A stretch of DNA of 64,000 nucleotides from Candidatus Aldehydirespiratoraceae bacterium (GTDB lineage: Bacteria; Actinomycetota; Acidimicrobiia; Acidimicrobiales; Aldehydirespiratoraceae). The notes under the pieces were generated by a model. It was not told the origin of the DNA, did no database searches, and saw only the letters and a list, made by a program, of their open reading frames with translations. Positions 10,404 to 19,857 of this stretch are shown here, piece by piece (position 1 is the stretch's first letter; each line of letters begins with the position of its first letter). Both the position numbers and the translations under genes were made by a program. The stretch covers positions 509,586 through 573,585 of the forward strand of contig OZ240616.1 in assembly GCA_965198315.1 (NCBI GenBank), in the 5' to 3' direction.

Positions 10404-11321
10404 ATGGAATGGGTAGAAAGCATCGGCGATTCGATCGAACTGGCAAAAGAACACGCCTTGGATCGGTTGGGAGTGCATGAAGACGACGCGGAGTTTGATG
10501 TCCTTAGCGATGCAAAGACGGGGGTGTTCGGTCGCGTCAAAGAACCGGCTCGGGTGAGAGCGCGAGTTCGCCCGCAGACTCCGAGGACGAAAGAAAATCG
10601 CGGTCGGCGTGATCGCGGAAACAGACGGGGTCGGCAAGGCCAGGGCCACCGAGACCGCAACGGCAGCAACCGTGGAAACCAGGATTCTGGCCGGCGCAAA
10701 CAGGAACGCTCCCAGAATGGTAAAGCTAGGAAATCCTCAGCGAAGAAATCGGCCAGCAAACCTTCGAAAAATCAACAAACAGACCAGAAGAAGCAAACAC
10801 CACAAAAACCCAAGAAAAAGGCAGAAACTGTGAACCAAGACCAAGAAATGATGCCCTTGCCGCAGCAGGCTGATATTGCCGAGGAGTTTGTTAGAGGCTT
10901 GGCTGAGCGGTTTGGCACGACCGTCAACTTCGAAAGAGAGAATATCGGGACCGACGAGATCCGTATTACCGTCAGCGGCGACGAACTGGGTCGTATGGTT
11001 GGTCGCCGGGGGATGACCGCTGGGGCGATCGACGACCTGGTACGGACGGTTTTGCAGCGCCGAGCAGGTAGTGCCCGGAATGGCCGCGTTCGAGTGGACA
11101 TTGGAGGGGTTATTGCGCGAAGAAACGAAGCACTTGTTCGGTTTGCTCGTGACAAAGCAGTCGAAGTGCAGGATTCCGGAGTGCCTCGATCACTTGAGCC
11201 TATGAATGCAGCGGATCGAAAGATCGTTCATGATGCTGTTGACAGGACAGACGGTGTCCAAACCATCTCCGAAGGTGAAGATCCTCGCCGCTACGTGGTG
11301 ATTGTTCCTTCGGGAGAGTAG
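10404..11321 (+). CDS. jag: Jag/KhpB-type R3H RNA-binding protein
   Basis: N-terminus MEWVESIGDSIELAKEHALDRLGV, C-terminal R3H-like LEPMNAADRKIVHDAV...SEGEDPRRYVVI. The start is moved to ATG 10404, which has AGGAG upstream. Conserved position after yidC. Confidence 0.85.
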   Translation: MEWVESIGDSIELAKEHALDRLGVHEDDAEFDVLSDAKTGVFGRVKEPARVRARVRPQTPRTKENRGRRDRGNRRGRQGQGHRDRNGSNRGNQDSGRRKQERSQNGKARKSSAKKSASKPSKNQQTDQKKQTPQKPKKKAETVNQDQEMMPLPQQADIAEEFVRGLAERFGTTVNFERENIGTDEIRITVSGDELGRMVGRRGMTAGAIDDLVRTVLQRRAGSARNGRVRVDIGGVIARRNEALVRFARDKAVEVQDSGVPRSLEPMNAADRKIVHDAVDRTDGVQTISEGEDPRRYVVIVPSGE

Positions 11322-11335
11322 GCAGCGAAGAACTG

Positions 11336-11965
11336 GTGGCTGATTCTCCCGACGAGGCGTTAGCAGCAGTTTGGGAACCAGCGCGAGCGATCGGCTCGCT
11401 CGGTTCGGTGTCAATTGAAGAGCTCCGCAAGCATGCGGAGGGCTATATTTCTCCGAGCCTCGGCTTACGGCCGGGTGCGCGTTGCGTTGATTTGGGCACG
11501 GGAGTAGGTGTACCAGGGGTATTCCTGGCGATGTTGCATCCAGAAACGACCTGGCGGCTACTGGACGCAAGTGCACGGTGTTGCGAGATCGCTCACGGGG
11601 CGGTTCGCGCGGCTGGTCTGGGCGATCGAGTTGAAGTCGTGCATGGGCGTGCGGACGACTACGCCCGTGAACCGCAGTGGCGATCAGCAAATGATCTGGT
11701 GGTTGCACGACTGTTCGGACCTCCTTGTGAAGTGGCGGAATCCGGGATCCCGCTACTTGCTGCGGGTGGATCTCTGGTGGTGTCGGTATCGGCCGACACG
11801 GCGAATGCTTGGCTGTCTGCAGACTTGTCGCTGCTATCGGCTTCGGTGATCGAACACTGGGAGACGACTTCAGGTAGCTACTTGCGTGTTCAACGCACAG
11901 GCGGAACTATTGCGGATCGACTCCCCCGCCGCCAGGCAGCACGCCGTCGTAAACCGTTGTTTTGA
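11336..11965 (+). CDS. rsmG: 16S rRNA (guanine527-N7)-methyltransferase
   Basis: 209 aa with SAM-binding loop DLGTGVGVPGVFLA, in the conserved jag-rsmG-parA position. Confidence 0.85.
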   Translation: MADSPDEALAAVWEPARAIGSLGSVSIEELRKHAEGYISPSLGLRPGARCVDLGTGVGVPGVFLAMLHPETTWRLLDASARCCEIAHGAVRAAGLGDRVEVVHGRADDYAREPQWRSANDLVVARLFGPPCEVAESGIPLLAAGGSLVVSVSADTANAWLSADLSLLSASVIEHWETTSGSYLRVQRTGGTIADRLPRRQAARRRKPLF

Positions 11966-11966
11966 G

Positions 11967-11982
11967 CGTTTCACGTGAAACC
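11967..11982. promoter_or_regulatory. parS site 1 (cGTTTCACGTGAAACc)
   Basis: Perfect 14-nt palindromic core of the TGTTTCACGTGAAACA parS consensus. Confidence 0.9.
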
Positions 11983-11997
11983 GTTTCACATGAAACA
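11982..11997. promoter_or_regulatory. parS site 2 (cGTTTCACATGAAACa), one core mismatch
   Basis: It abuts site 1 and shares one nucleotide with it. It has a single G>A change in the core. Confidence 0.8.
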
Positions 11998-12017
11998 GAC
12001 GGTTGAGAGTTTCGAGG

Positions 12018-12033
12018 CGTTTCACGTGAAACA
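12018..12033. promoter_or_regulatory. parS site 3 (cGTTTCACGTGAAACa)
   Basis: Perfect palindromic core, 70 nt upstream of the parA start. Confidence 0.9.
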
Positions 12034-12103
12034 ATCGGAGGGTCCTTGACCTTCGGCTTCTGTTGACCGAAGATATTCCTGCTCGGAGGAAGGGAGTTGG
12101 TTT

Positions 12104-12880
12104 GTGACTCAACCCAACACGAGGGTGTTTGCTGTAGCCAACCAGAAAGGAGGGGTTGGGAAGACCACGACGACTATCAACCTTGCGGCCTGTATGGCGC
12201 AGCTTGGCCAACGCGTATTGATCGTCGACTTGGATCCTCAAGCGAATGCCACGCGGGGCCTTGGTATTGATTCGCGTATGGTCGATTATTCTCTCTACGA
12301 TGTGATGCTCCAGGATGTTCTGCTGGAGGATGTGATCGAGCCAGTTTCAGTAAAGAACCTCTACCTTGTTCCGTCAAGCCTTGATCTTGCGGGCGCGGAA
12401 ATCGAGTTGGTTCCTACTATGAACCGTGAGAGGAAATTGAAGATAGCGCTTGAGTCGGTTGCCGACGACTATGACGTTGTGTTCATTGATTGCCCACCCT
12501 CTCTTGGGCTCCTTACGATCAATGGGCTAACTGCGGCTAACGAAGTTCTTGTACCAGTTCAGGCCGAGTACTACGCGCTTGAAGGGCTTGGCCTGTTGAT
12601 TCGCAACATTGACTTGGTGACGCGCAACCTGAATCCAGAGCTTCAGCTCAGCACTATCGTGTTGGGCATGGTTGATGGGCGAACAAAGTTGTCCAGGCAA
12701 GTGTCCGAAGAGGTCCGGAGCCACTTTGGCGACAAAGTGTGTCGACAGGTGATCCCTCGAGCTGTCCGCTTGAGCGAAGCCCCGAGCTTTGGCCAGCCAA
12801 TTTCGGTATTTGACCCTGGGTCGCGTGCGACAACTGCTTACCGCACCCTAGCGAAGGAGGTTCTTGGTGACCAGACGTAG
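12104..12880 (+). CDS. parA: chromosome partitioning ATPase ParA/Soj
   Basis: 258 aa with the deviant Walker A NQKGGVGKTTTTINLA. Confidence 0.93.
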   Translation: MTQPNTRVFAVANQKGGVGKTTTTINLAACMAQLGQRVLIVDLDPQANATRGLGIDSRMVDYSLYDVMLQDVLLEDVIEPVSVKNLYLVPSSLDLAGAEIELVPTMNRERKLKIALESVADDYDVVFIDCPPSLGLLTINGLTAANEVLVPVQAEYYALEGLGLLIRNIDLVTRNLNPELQLSTIVLGMVDGRTKLSRQVSEEVRSHFGDKVCRQVIPRAVRLSEAPSFGQPISVFDPGSRATTAYRTLAKEVLGDQT

Positions 12881-13739
12881 TGGACTTGGTAGAGGCCTTA
12901 GTTCGCTGATTCCAGCGGACTTCACCGCTGACAGCGGTGTCTATCAAGAGATCGATATCAAAGAGGTAGTCCCGAATCGCTACCAACCGCGGGAGCACTT
13001 CGACGAGGAGACGTTGACCTCTTTGTCCAGGTCGATCACGGAAATTGGTGTCATTCAGCCGATTGTCGTCCGAGAGTTGGAGGACGGACAGTATGAGCTG
13101 ATAGCGGGGGAGCGACGTTGGCGGGCCGCAAAGCGCGCCAACCTTGCGGCCATTCCGGCAATCATTCGCACCTCCGATGATTTGTCTTCGCTCGAAACGG
13201 CTGTTGTGGAGAACTTGCACCGGCAGGATCTCAACCCGCTTGAAGAAGCATCTGCATATCAGCAACTGGTTGAAGAGTTCGGTTTGACTCAGGATGATGT
13301 TGCGCAGAGGGTGGGGAGGTCTCGGTCTGCGGTGGCGAACACTCTTCGGTTGCTGCAGCTCCCTCCGATGGTGCAGCGATTGCTGATCGAGGGGCAACTC
13401 AGCGCTGGACATGCTCGAGCGTTGTTGGCTACTCCAGACCGGAGCGAGCAGGAGCGATTGGCGACACAGATTGTTGAGGAAGGTTTGACGGTTCGCCAGA
13501 TCGAGGAGATGCTTCGGGAGGAAGATCCCACTGAATCCGCCGGTGAGGATGAAAGCCCAGCTGAACAGACGATTCCCAAGGTGCCGGATGCTGGAGTGCT
13601 GGAACTTGAGGAACTCTTGGCTGTTCGGCTGGATACCAGGGTCGCTGTGAAATTGGGCAAGGGTCCCGGGAAGCTAGTGGTTGACTTCGCCGATGTCGAT
13701 GACCTTGAGCGGATCTATCGGATCATCGCTGGACAGTGA
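12864..13739 (+). CDS. parB: chromosome partitioning protein ParB/Spo0J
   Basis: 291 aa with ParB boxes (IQPIVVR, GERRWRAA) and HTH QDDVAQRVGRSRSAVANTLRLL. The ORF overlaps the parA end. Confidence 0.93.
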   Translation: MVTRRSGLGRGLSSLIPADFTADSGVYQEIDIKEVVPNRYQPREHFDEETLTSLSRSITEIGVIQPIVVRELEDGQYELIAGERRWRAAKRANLAAIPAIIRTSDDLSSLETAVVENLHRQDLNPLEEASAYQQLVEEFGLTQDDVAQRVGRSRSAVANTLRLLQLPPMVQRLLIEGQLSAGHARALLATPDRSEQERLATQIVEEGLTVRQIEEMLREEDPTESAGEDESPAEQTIPKVPDAGVLELEELLAVRLDTRVAVKLGKGPGKLVVDFADVDDLERIYRIIAGQ

Positions 13740-13797
13740 TCTCACACAACTATTGTCAGTAGGACTGTCAATATAATAGGGAGAGCTTACGGGGAGT

Positions 13798-14772
13798 TCA
13801 CTCTGTGTGGGGGCCGTCACACCAAGTGGTCACAGCATCGCGTAACGCGTTGGCGATTGCCTCAGCTCGCTCCACCACCACTGGCCCAGGTCCTACGCGG
13901 CACCACACTGCGGTCATCCTGGTTTCCCTCAGGATCGGCAAGCGCATCCCGGTTGCAGGGATGTCGCTGTCCAATACAGACCGGATTTTGGCCGTGCACT
14001 GCTGGGCCAGCAGGCGCCCTCCGTTGGAGGTGAAGCCCTCGGTTTGGAAGTATGCGACTCGGAAATCGTCGGTGGCGAGGGTGACACCGAGGTAAGCGTC
14101 ACCGCCCCAGCCGTTGGCGATCCGGGCATGTGAGGAGAGATCGGGATGGTGGAGTGTGAGTACTGTCGCCCCGTCAAGTTGCAGCAAGCGGGCAAGCGAA
14201 TTCACCACCGCGGGCAGGCCTCCTGTTTCGCCCAACAGAATTCGTCGTCCCTCAACACCGGCGTGTTGCCGGAGCGTCTCTGCTTGTCGGACCTCGGCAA
14301 TCGTTTTGCCACCCACCTGTCGGCCGGCGAGTCGGTCGAGCGCGGCAACGGTCGTGCGGCCGACGGTGCCATCTGCGCTGAGTCCCTGATTGTGTTGGAA
14401 ATCCCGTACTGCCGCTTCGGTGTCGGGTCCGAATATGCCATCAAGCCACCCGGCGTCGAACCCGAGATTGCCCAGGCGCAACTGGAGATCAGCTACGTCA
14501 TCGCCGCGGGTCATCGGCGAACGGAGGTAGAGCATCCGGTCACCGAGACGGAAATGAGCGTCAACCAACGCAGCCCAGGTTTGTTGGGCACAGATTCCGT
14601 CCTCAACCAAGCGACGCGCGGCTTGAAATTCACGAAGCGCTTGTTCGGTGGTTTCGTCGAAGACATCGAGATCCCCGACATCGCTGAATCCCGCTGAGGC
14701 CAGTCGACGATGTAGATCTCGCACCCCAGCCCCGGCGTCGCCGCGCCGAAGGGGAAGCCCGGGCGGATTCAT
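13798..14772 (-). CDS. cwlM: CwlM-like protein: two peptidoglycan-binding repeats plus N-acetylmuramoyl-L-alanine amidase-like domain
   Basis: 324 aa with two PG_binding_1-like repeats (VRDLHRRLASAGF..ALREFQAARRL; VADLQLRLGNLGF..AVRDFQHNQGLSADG). It is the third gene of trxB-trxA-cwlM, the same order as in mycobacteria. Confidence 0.75.
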   Translation of the reverse strand: MNPPGLPLRRGDAGAGVRDLHRRLASAGFSDVGDLDVFDETTEQALREFQAARRLVEDGICAQQTWAALVDAHFRLGDRMLYLRSPMTRGDDVADLQLRLGNLGFDAGWLDGIFGPDTEAAVRDFQHNQGLSADGTVGRTTVAALDRLAGRQVGGKTIAEVRQAETLRQHAGVEGRRILLGETGGLPAVVNSLARLLQLDGATVLTLHHPDLSSHARIANGWGGDAYLGVTLATDDFRVAYFQTEGFTSNGGRLLAQQCTAKIRSVLDSDIPATGMRLPILRETRMTAVWCRVGPGPVVVERAEAIANALRDAVTTWCDGPHTE

Positions 14773-14797
14773 CCGGCTTGCGAGCGCATACGGCCGC

Positions 14798-15124
14798 TTA
14801 CAGGAACGGGGTTACGTCGTCGAGAAGAGCACCCTTCGGCTTTGCACCGATGATGCGTTTTGCTTCCGCGCCGTCCTTGAAAAGGATCAGAGTAGGAATG
14901 CTCATGACCTGGAACCGTTGAGCGATCGAAGGGGCATCGTCAACGTTGAGTTTGAGAATCTTGAGAGCATCGCCCTGCTCATCGGCGATTTCTTCGAGGA
15001 TCGGTCCGATCATCTTGCATGGGCCGCACCACTCAGCCCAGAAGTCGACCAGAACGGGCGTGGTAGCGCTGCCGATCTCCTCGTCAAAGGTGCTGTCGTC
15101 GATGGTTCCAAGGGATCCGGCCAT
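14798..15124 (-). CDS. trxA: thioredoxin
   Basis: 108 aa from the internal ATG 15124. WCGPC active site (VLVDFWAEWCGPCKM). The 175-aa ORF-track version adds an implausible leader. Confidence 0.93.
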   Translation of the reverse strand: MAGSLGTIDDSTFDEEIGSATTPVLVDFWAEWCGPCKMIGPILEEIADEQGDALKILKLNVDDAPSIAQRFQVMSIPTLILFKDGAEAKRIIGAKPKGALLDDVTPFL

Positions 15125-15158
15125 GGTTGATTCTCTTTCAGTCGGCTTGTTGGTGACT

Positions 15159-16121
15159 CTAGCTGTGTTGCGCCTCAAGCCAACGCTCGGCGTCGAGTGC
15201 AGCCATGCATCCGGAGCCGGCCGCGGTAACGGCCTGTCGATAGATGTCGTCTTGCACGTCACCACATGCAAAAACTCCCTCAACGTTGGTGCGTGCGCAG
15301 TCAGGTTGAGTAACCAGGTAGCCATTGTCTTTCATCTCGAGTTGACCCTTGAAGATGTCGGTGTTGGGTCGGTGCCCGATCGCAATAAAGACGCCTGTTA
15401 CTGCCAAATTGTAACTCTCGTCGGTTTTCACGTTGCGCAGTCCCAAACCGCTGATGGAGTCCTCGCCGAGGTATTCGGTAACGACGGTGTCCCAGATGAA
15501 CTCGATCTTGGGGTTGTCGAAGGCGCGCTGCTGCATGATCTTCGATGCGCGTAGGGCGTCGCGCCGGTGGATGATCGTGACTTTGCTGGCGAATCGGGTT
15601 AGGAAGTTGGCTTCTTCGATGGCTGAGTCGCCTCCGCCGATCACGGCGATCTCCTGGTCGCGAAAGAAGAACCCGTCGCACGTTGCACAGGTGGAGAGCC
15701 CGTGACCGACAAGTTCGATTTCGCGGTCAAGGTTGAGCATCAGCGATTGAGCTCCGGTTGAGACGATCAGACAACTGGCTTGATAGGTCGGTTCTGCAGC
15801 TTCAGGATCACCGACCCAGACCTTGAACGGGCGTCTGGAGAGGTCGACTCTGGTGGCTTTGACCGTCTTGATTTCAGTCCCGAACCGTTGCGCCTGGGCT
15901 CTGAAGTCAATCATCAACTCGGGGCCCATGACGCCGTCGGGGAAACCGGGGTAGTTCTCTACATCGGTGGTGAGCATGAGCTGCCCACCGGGCTGGTCGC
16001 TGGTGCTGCTGGGTTCGCCCTCGAGCAGTAGCGGGGAGAGGTTGGCACGAGAGGTGTAGAGGGCGGCGGTGAGCCCGGCCGGTCCGGAGCCGATGATGAT
16101 CACTTCATGGGTTTCGGGCAT
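15159..16121 (-). CDS. trxB: thioredoxin-disulfide reductase
   Basis: 320 aa with FAD loop IIIGSGPAG, redox centre CATCDG and NADPH loop VIGGGDSA. Confidence 0.95.
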   Translation of the reverse strand: MPETHEVIIIGSGPAGLTAALYTSRANLSPLLLEGEPSSTSDQPGGQLMLTTDVENYPGFPDGVMGPELMIDFRAQAQRFGTEIKTVKATRVDLSRRPFKVWVGDPEAAEPTYQASCLIVSTGAQSLMLNLDREIELVGHGLSTCATCDGFFFRDQEIAVIGGGDSAIEEANFLTRFASKVTIIHRRDALRASKIMQQRAFDNPKIEFIWDTVVTEYLGEDSISGLGLRNVKTDESYNLAVTGVFIAIGHRPNTDIFKGQLEMKDNGYLVTQPDCARTNVEGVFACGDVQDDIYRQAVTAAGSGCMAALDAERWLEAQHS

Positions 16122-16170
16122 TGGTTCTCCTAGAGAGTTCTCCTGGTGCCTGCACTGGTGGGACTTGCGG

Positions 16171-16578
16171 TCACGCGAACGAGTCGATGATGCCGTAGCA
16201 GACGATTGCGACGATGATCAGGGCGTCGAGAATCAACGCTGAGATGACCCAGCGCATACCGTCGATTCTGCGGTTGAGCCAGAATCCGAAGCCGAGGATC
16301 GCCAAGAGACCGCCGATGAAGAGGTGGGCGGCCCAGGTTGCATCGCCCACGCCGGAGCCGATTGGCAGGTAGGCATCGGCGAGGCGGACTCCGATGATGA
16401 TCAGCAGGGTGAGTGCGGCGGTGGTGAAAACCAGCGCGACCAAGCCGTAGACGATTGCTCGCACGACCCGGATTGCGTTCTCGGTGCCGTGGGTGCGGAC
16501 CTTGTCGACGTTGTCGACGATTGCGTCGACGACACCGGATATCCAGTCGTTCTCAACTGGCGCGGTCTCGTCGTTCAT
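16171..16578 (-). CDS. hypothetical integral membrane protein
   Basis: 135 aa with about four hydrophobic helices (VYGLVALVFTTAALTLLIIIGV, HLFIGGLLAILGFGFWL, ISALILDALIIVAIVCYGII). I recognise no family motif. Confidence 0.5.
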   Translation of the reverse strand: MNDETAPVENDWISGVVDAIVDNVDKVRTHGTENAIRVVRAIVYGLVALVFTTAALTLLIIIGVRLADAYLPIGSGVGDATWAAHLFIGGLLAILGFGFWLNRRIDGMRWVISALILDALIIVAIVCYGIIDSFA

Positions 16579-16659
16579 GGCCTCGGAGCCTAGCGCCAGC
16601 GCAATATTTCAGGCACCCCGCGGTGGCCGCGTTGATATACGTAGATTGTCAGTTAAGGT

Positions 16660-16896
16660 ATGCGCATGCCGAACCGCACGATCTATCTGCCCGAGGAGTT
16701 GGACGACTTGAGTCGCCGTGTCGGATTGAACTTGTCACGTCTGACTCAGCAGGCGATCAGAGACTTCATGGCGGACCATCGAGAGGAGATCTTCGAAGCT
16801 CGTCTTGAGGCGGCTTGTGCCCGTGCGGAGGCCCTGGGGATCGACTGGCCCGACAGGTACTTGGAGGACCAGCGGGCCGAGGCTCAGGAGCGGTGA
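16660..16896 (+). CDS. type II antitoxin, ribbon-helix-helix-like (VapB-type)
   Basis: 78 aa with N-terminus RTIYLPEELDDLSRRVGLNLSRLTQQAIRDF. Its stop overlaps the downstream PIN gene start (GTGA at 16893-16896). Confidence 0.6.
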   Translation: MRMPNRTIYLPEELDDLSRRVGLNLSRLTQQAIRDFMADHREEIFEARLEAACARAEALGIDWPDRYLEDQRAEAQER

Positions 16897-17285
16897 CCAT
16901 TGTCGTTGACGCAAATGTTGCGATAGCGGTTCTCGACTCTCAGCACCCGTTTCATCGGTCAGCTGTCTGGCGCTGTCTGCGTGCGGATGGGATTGTTGTC
17001 TTGAACGTGACGAGAGCTGAGGCGCTGATTCATCCCAGCCGTTCGGGCAAGCTGGTCGAAGCAGGCGAGGTGTTGGACCAGCTGGGTTTTCGAACCGAAG
17101 CGGTTACCAACGATGTCGCCGATTGTGCTCGAGCCTTGCGTGCTGATTACGGCAACCGGAGCTTCCCGATGGTCGATGCGCTTGTGGTGGCCGTCGGCGT
17201 GGTGCACGGCTTCACGATTGTGACCTGCGACCAGAAGTGGCCGGATATGACCGAAGCCGACATCGAGGTTCTTGCACCCGGATGA
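16893..17285 (+). CDS. vapC: PIN-domain ribonuclease toxin (VapC-type)
   Basis: 130 aa from GTG 16893. PIN acidic positions are present (IVVDANVAI, FPMVDALVVA, IVTCDQ). Confidence 0.8.
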   Translation: MTIVVDANVAIAVLDSQHPFHRSAVWRCLRADGIVVLNVTRAEALIHPSRSGKLVEAGEVLDQLGFRTEAVTNDVADCARALRADYGNRSFPMVDALVVAVGVVHGFTIVTCDQKWPDMTEADIEVLAPG

Positions 17286-17336
17286 CCGACAGCGTGGTGA
17301 GAGCGCCGTGAGCGCGCCGACAGCGGGCGGATGCTG

Positions 17337-17642
17337 TTAGAGGTCGAGGCCGGAGGCGGCGACGGGGGAGTACATCGCCATCTGCGGGGGGCTTGCGAGC
17401 AGTTCCATGAACTCGGCCATGACGGCCTGCAGGGCTTCGGACTGGCCCTGTGACTGGATCGACTCCATCGACGAGAACAACGCGAAGTACGAGTAGTTGT
17501 TGCCCTCACCGCGGTGGTACGAGTAGACCTCCACGCCTTCGAGTTCGGCTGCGACCGCGACCTGGGCCGCCAACGCGGCGTCCATCTCGTCGTTCTTGCC
17601 TTCCTTGCAGGTGAATGTTGCGACCATCGACACTTTGGACAT
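17337..17642 (-). CDS. ABM-domain (antibiotic biosynthesis monooxygenase-like) small protein
   Basis: 101 aa with a ferredoxin-like layout typical of YgiN/ABM proteins (VSMVATFTCKEG..., VEVYSYH...). Assigned by eye only. Confidence 0.55.
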   Translation of the reverse strand: MSKVSMVATFTCKEGKNDEMDAALAAQVAVAAELEGVEVYSYHRGEGNNYSYFALFSSMESIQSQGQSEALQAVMAEFMELLASPPQMAMYSPVAASGLDL

Positions 17643-17703
17643 GTGGGGTTTCCTCTGGTTTCAGTTGGGTTGCTCAGCATAAGTTGTTGTGAGGAGGGTG
17701 CCT

Positions 17704-18600
17704 ATGCGGATCGGCTTCGTCGGATTGGGGAACATCGGTGGTCGCTGTGCGCGTCATGTTCTGGCCGCGGGCCACGAGTTGACGGTCGCAGACCTTGAAG
17801 AGGCGGCTTGCGCAGGGCTCGTTGAGGCCGGCGCCACCGCAGCCGAGGATCCGGCGGGTGTGGCCGAGGCGAGCGAGGTTGTGATCTTGTCGCTGCCTTC
17901 CCCGGAGGCGTCCCGGGCGGTCATGACCGGCGAGGGCGGCATCGTTTCGGCGTCGGGGCCGGGGTTGGTGGTGGTGGACCTGTCCACCAACAGCGTCGAT
18001 GTCACCAGGGAGCTCTTCGAGGCCTGCGCGGTGGCGGGGATCGATTTCGTGGATTGCCCCGTCTCCGGTGGACACATGGGTGCTGATGCCGGGGAGCTCA
18101 CTCTGATGCCTTCCGGCGACGAAGCCGCTTTCGATCGTTGTCGTGAGGTGCTGGTGTGTTTTGGCAAGGCGGAGACTGAGTGGCTCGGGCCGTCGGGTAC
18201 AGGCACGCTCCTGAAGCTGATCAACAACCTCGTTTTTCTGGTCGGAACCCAGGTGTTCGAGGAGGCGTATCTGATGGCCGCGAAGGCGGGCCTTGACATT
18301 CCGAAGTTCCTCGACGTGCTGCGCGCCAGTTCGGCCGGCTTCTACATGGCGCTTGCATCGATGATCGTCGACCGGCAGTGGGACGATTCGACTTACGACC
18401 TGGCTCTGGCCGAGAAGGATTTGCGTCTGGCCTTGGACTCAGCGGCCGACATCGACACCCCGCTGCCGCTCACTGAGGCCGCTCATCGGGTGTTGGTTGC
18501 TTCGGTCGAGATGGGCCTCGGCGAGAAGTTCTTCATCGGAGCTTTGGAAGCGCTCGAAGAACAGGCTGGTTTCACCGCACCGGTGCCGGAACAAGGTTGA
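17704..18600 (+). CDS. NAD(P)-dependent oxidoreductase, 3-hydroxyisobutyrate/6-phosphogluconate dehydrogenase family
   Basis: MRIGFVGLGNIGG Rossmann start preceded by GAGGAGGG, with the family core ...VDCPVSGG...GTGTLLKLINN. Confidence 0.8.
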   Translation: MRIGFVGLGNIGGRCARHVLAAGHELTVADLEEAACAGLVEAGATAAEDPAGVAEASEVVILSLPSPEASRAVMTGEGGIVSASGPGLVVVDLSTNSVDVTRELFEACAVAGIDFVDCPVSGGHMGADAGELTLMPSGDEAAFDRCREVLVCFGKAETEWLGPSGTGTLLKLINNLVFLVGTQVFEEAYLMAAKAGLDIPKFLDVLRASSAGFYMALASMIVDRQWDDSTYDLALAEKDLRLALDSAADIDTPLPLTEAAHRVLVASVEMGLGEKFFIGALEALEEQAGFTAPVPEQG

Positions 18601-18609
18601 GGGGGGTTG

Positions 18610-19851
18610 ATGACCACGCTCGAGATTCCCGATCTCAGCAGTTTCGAGACTTTCGTCAACGGGTTTCCTCACGACGCTTTGAAGGTGCTGCGAGAGCAGG
18701 CCCCCGTCTGGTGGCACGAGCCGACTTCCTTGACGCCGGACGGGGAGGGTTTTTGGTGCGTGAGCAGCCACGAACTGGTTGTCGAGGTGTTCCGCAATCC
18801 GAAAACCTATTCGAGTCATACCGGTGGGGATCGTCCCTTCGGCGGTACGACGATCGACGACATGGAGATGAGCGGGAAGCTGCTCAACATGATGGACGAC
18901 CAGCGGCATCAGCGGATCCGCCAACTCGTCAACAAGGGGTTCACGCCGCGAATGATCGGCCGTATCCGCGATGACCTGAGCGACAAGGCGCAACAGATCC
19001 TCGACAGCGTCGCGCCGTCCGACGGGGCTCGGGGGTCGTGTGATCTGGTGGTTGACATGGCCGCTGAGTTGCCTTTGCAGGCGATCTGCATGCTGTTGGG
19101 GGTGCCGGTTGAGGATCGCCGCAAGCTGTGTGAGTGGGTTGATGAACTTTCGGAGAATTACAGCCAAGAGGACCGTCCAGACGTGCCGAGGGAGGCGAGT
19201 GCCCAGATGTTCCAGTACGGTCAGCGCCTGATTTCCGAGCGGACCGTGGCACCTGGCGACGATCTCTTGTCGGTGGTGATCCATGGTGAGTTGGCCGGGC
19301 AGGAGGAGTCGCGGCTCGACGGTGTGGAGCTGGCGATGTTCTGGTCGTTGTTGTTCACCGCCGGGGCCGAGACGACCCGCAAGGCCATCGCCGGCGGTTT
19401 GTGGGAGCTCACCAAGTCACCGGATCAGTTGGCTCGGCTCACCGCGGACCGGTCGTTGATGCCTACCGCGATCGAGGAGACTGTGCGTTGGGCGACGCCG
19501 TCGGTGTACAAGCGGCGTACCGCTACCCATGACACCGAGTTGGGTGGCCACCTGATTCGGGCTGGGGAGAAGGTTGTGGTGTGGGAGATGTCGGCCAACC
19601 GCGATGCGGCGGTGTTCGACTCTCCGTTCGAGTTTCGGATCGACCGTCGCCCCAACAACCATGTGGGTTTCGGCCACGGACCCCACTTCTGTTTGGGGGC
19701 CAACCTGGCGCGCCTGGAGATCGACGTGATGCTCAACGCCGTCCTCGACCGCTGGACCGATATTGAGGTGGTGGGACCGCCCACCTGGACCCGCACCAAC
19801 CGGCTCAGCGGACTCAAGACCCTGCCGGTTCAGTTCACGGATTCGGTCTGA
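18610..19851 (+). CDS. cytochrome P450
   Basis: About 413 aa with EXXR (ETVRW) and the heme-thiolate loop FGHGPHFCLGANLA. Confidence 0.92.
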   Translation: MTTLEIPDLSSFETFVNGFPHDALKVLREQAPVWWHEPTSLTPDGEGFWCVSSHELVVEVFRNPKTYSSHTGGDRPFGGTTIDDMEMSGKLLNMMDDQRHQRIRQLVNKGFTPRMIGRIRDDLSDKAQQILDSVAPSDGARGSCDLVVDMAAELPLQAICMLLGVPVEDRRKLCEWVDELSENYSQEDRPDVPREASAQMFQYGQRLISERTVAPGDDLLSVVIHGELAGQEESRLDGVELAMFWSLLFTAGAETTRKAIAGGLWELTKSPDQLARLTADRSLMPTAIEETVRWATPSVYKRRTATHDTELGGHLIRAGEKVVVWEMSANRDAAVFDSPFEFRIDRRPNNHVGFGHGPHFCLGANLARLEIDVMLNAVLDRWTDIEVVGPPTWTRTNRLSGLKTLPVQFTDSV

Positions 19852-19857
19852 GTCCCC

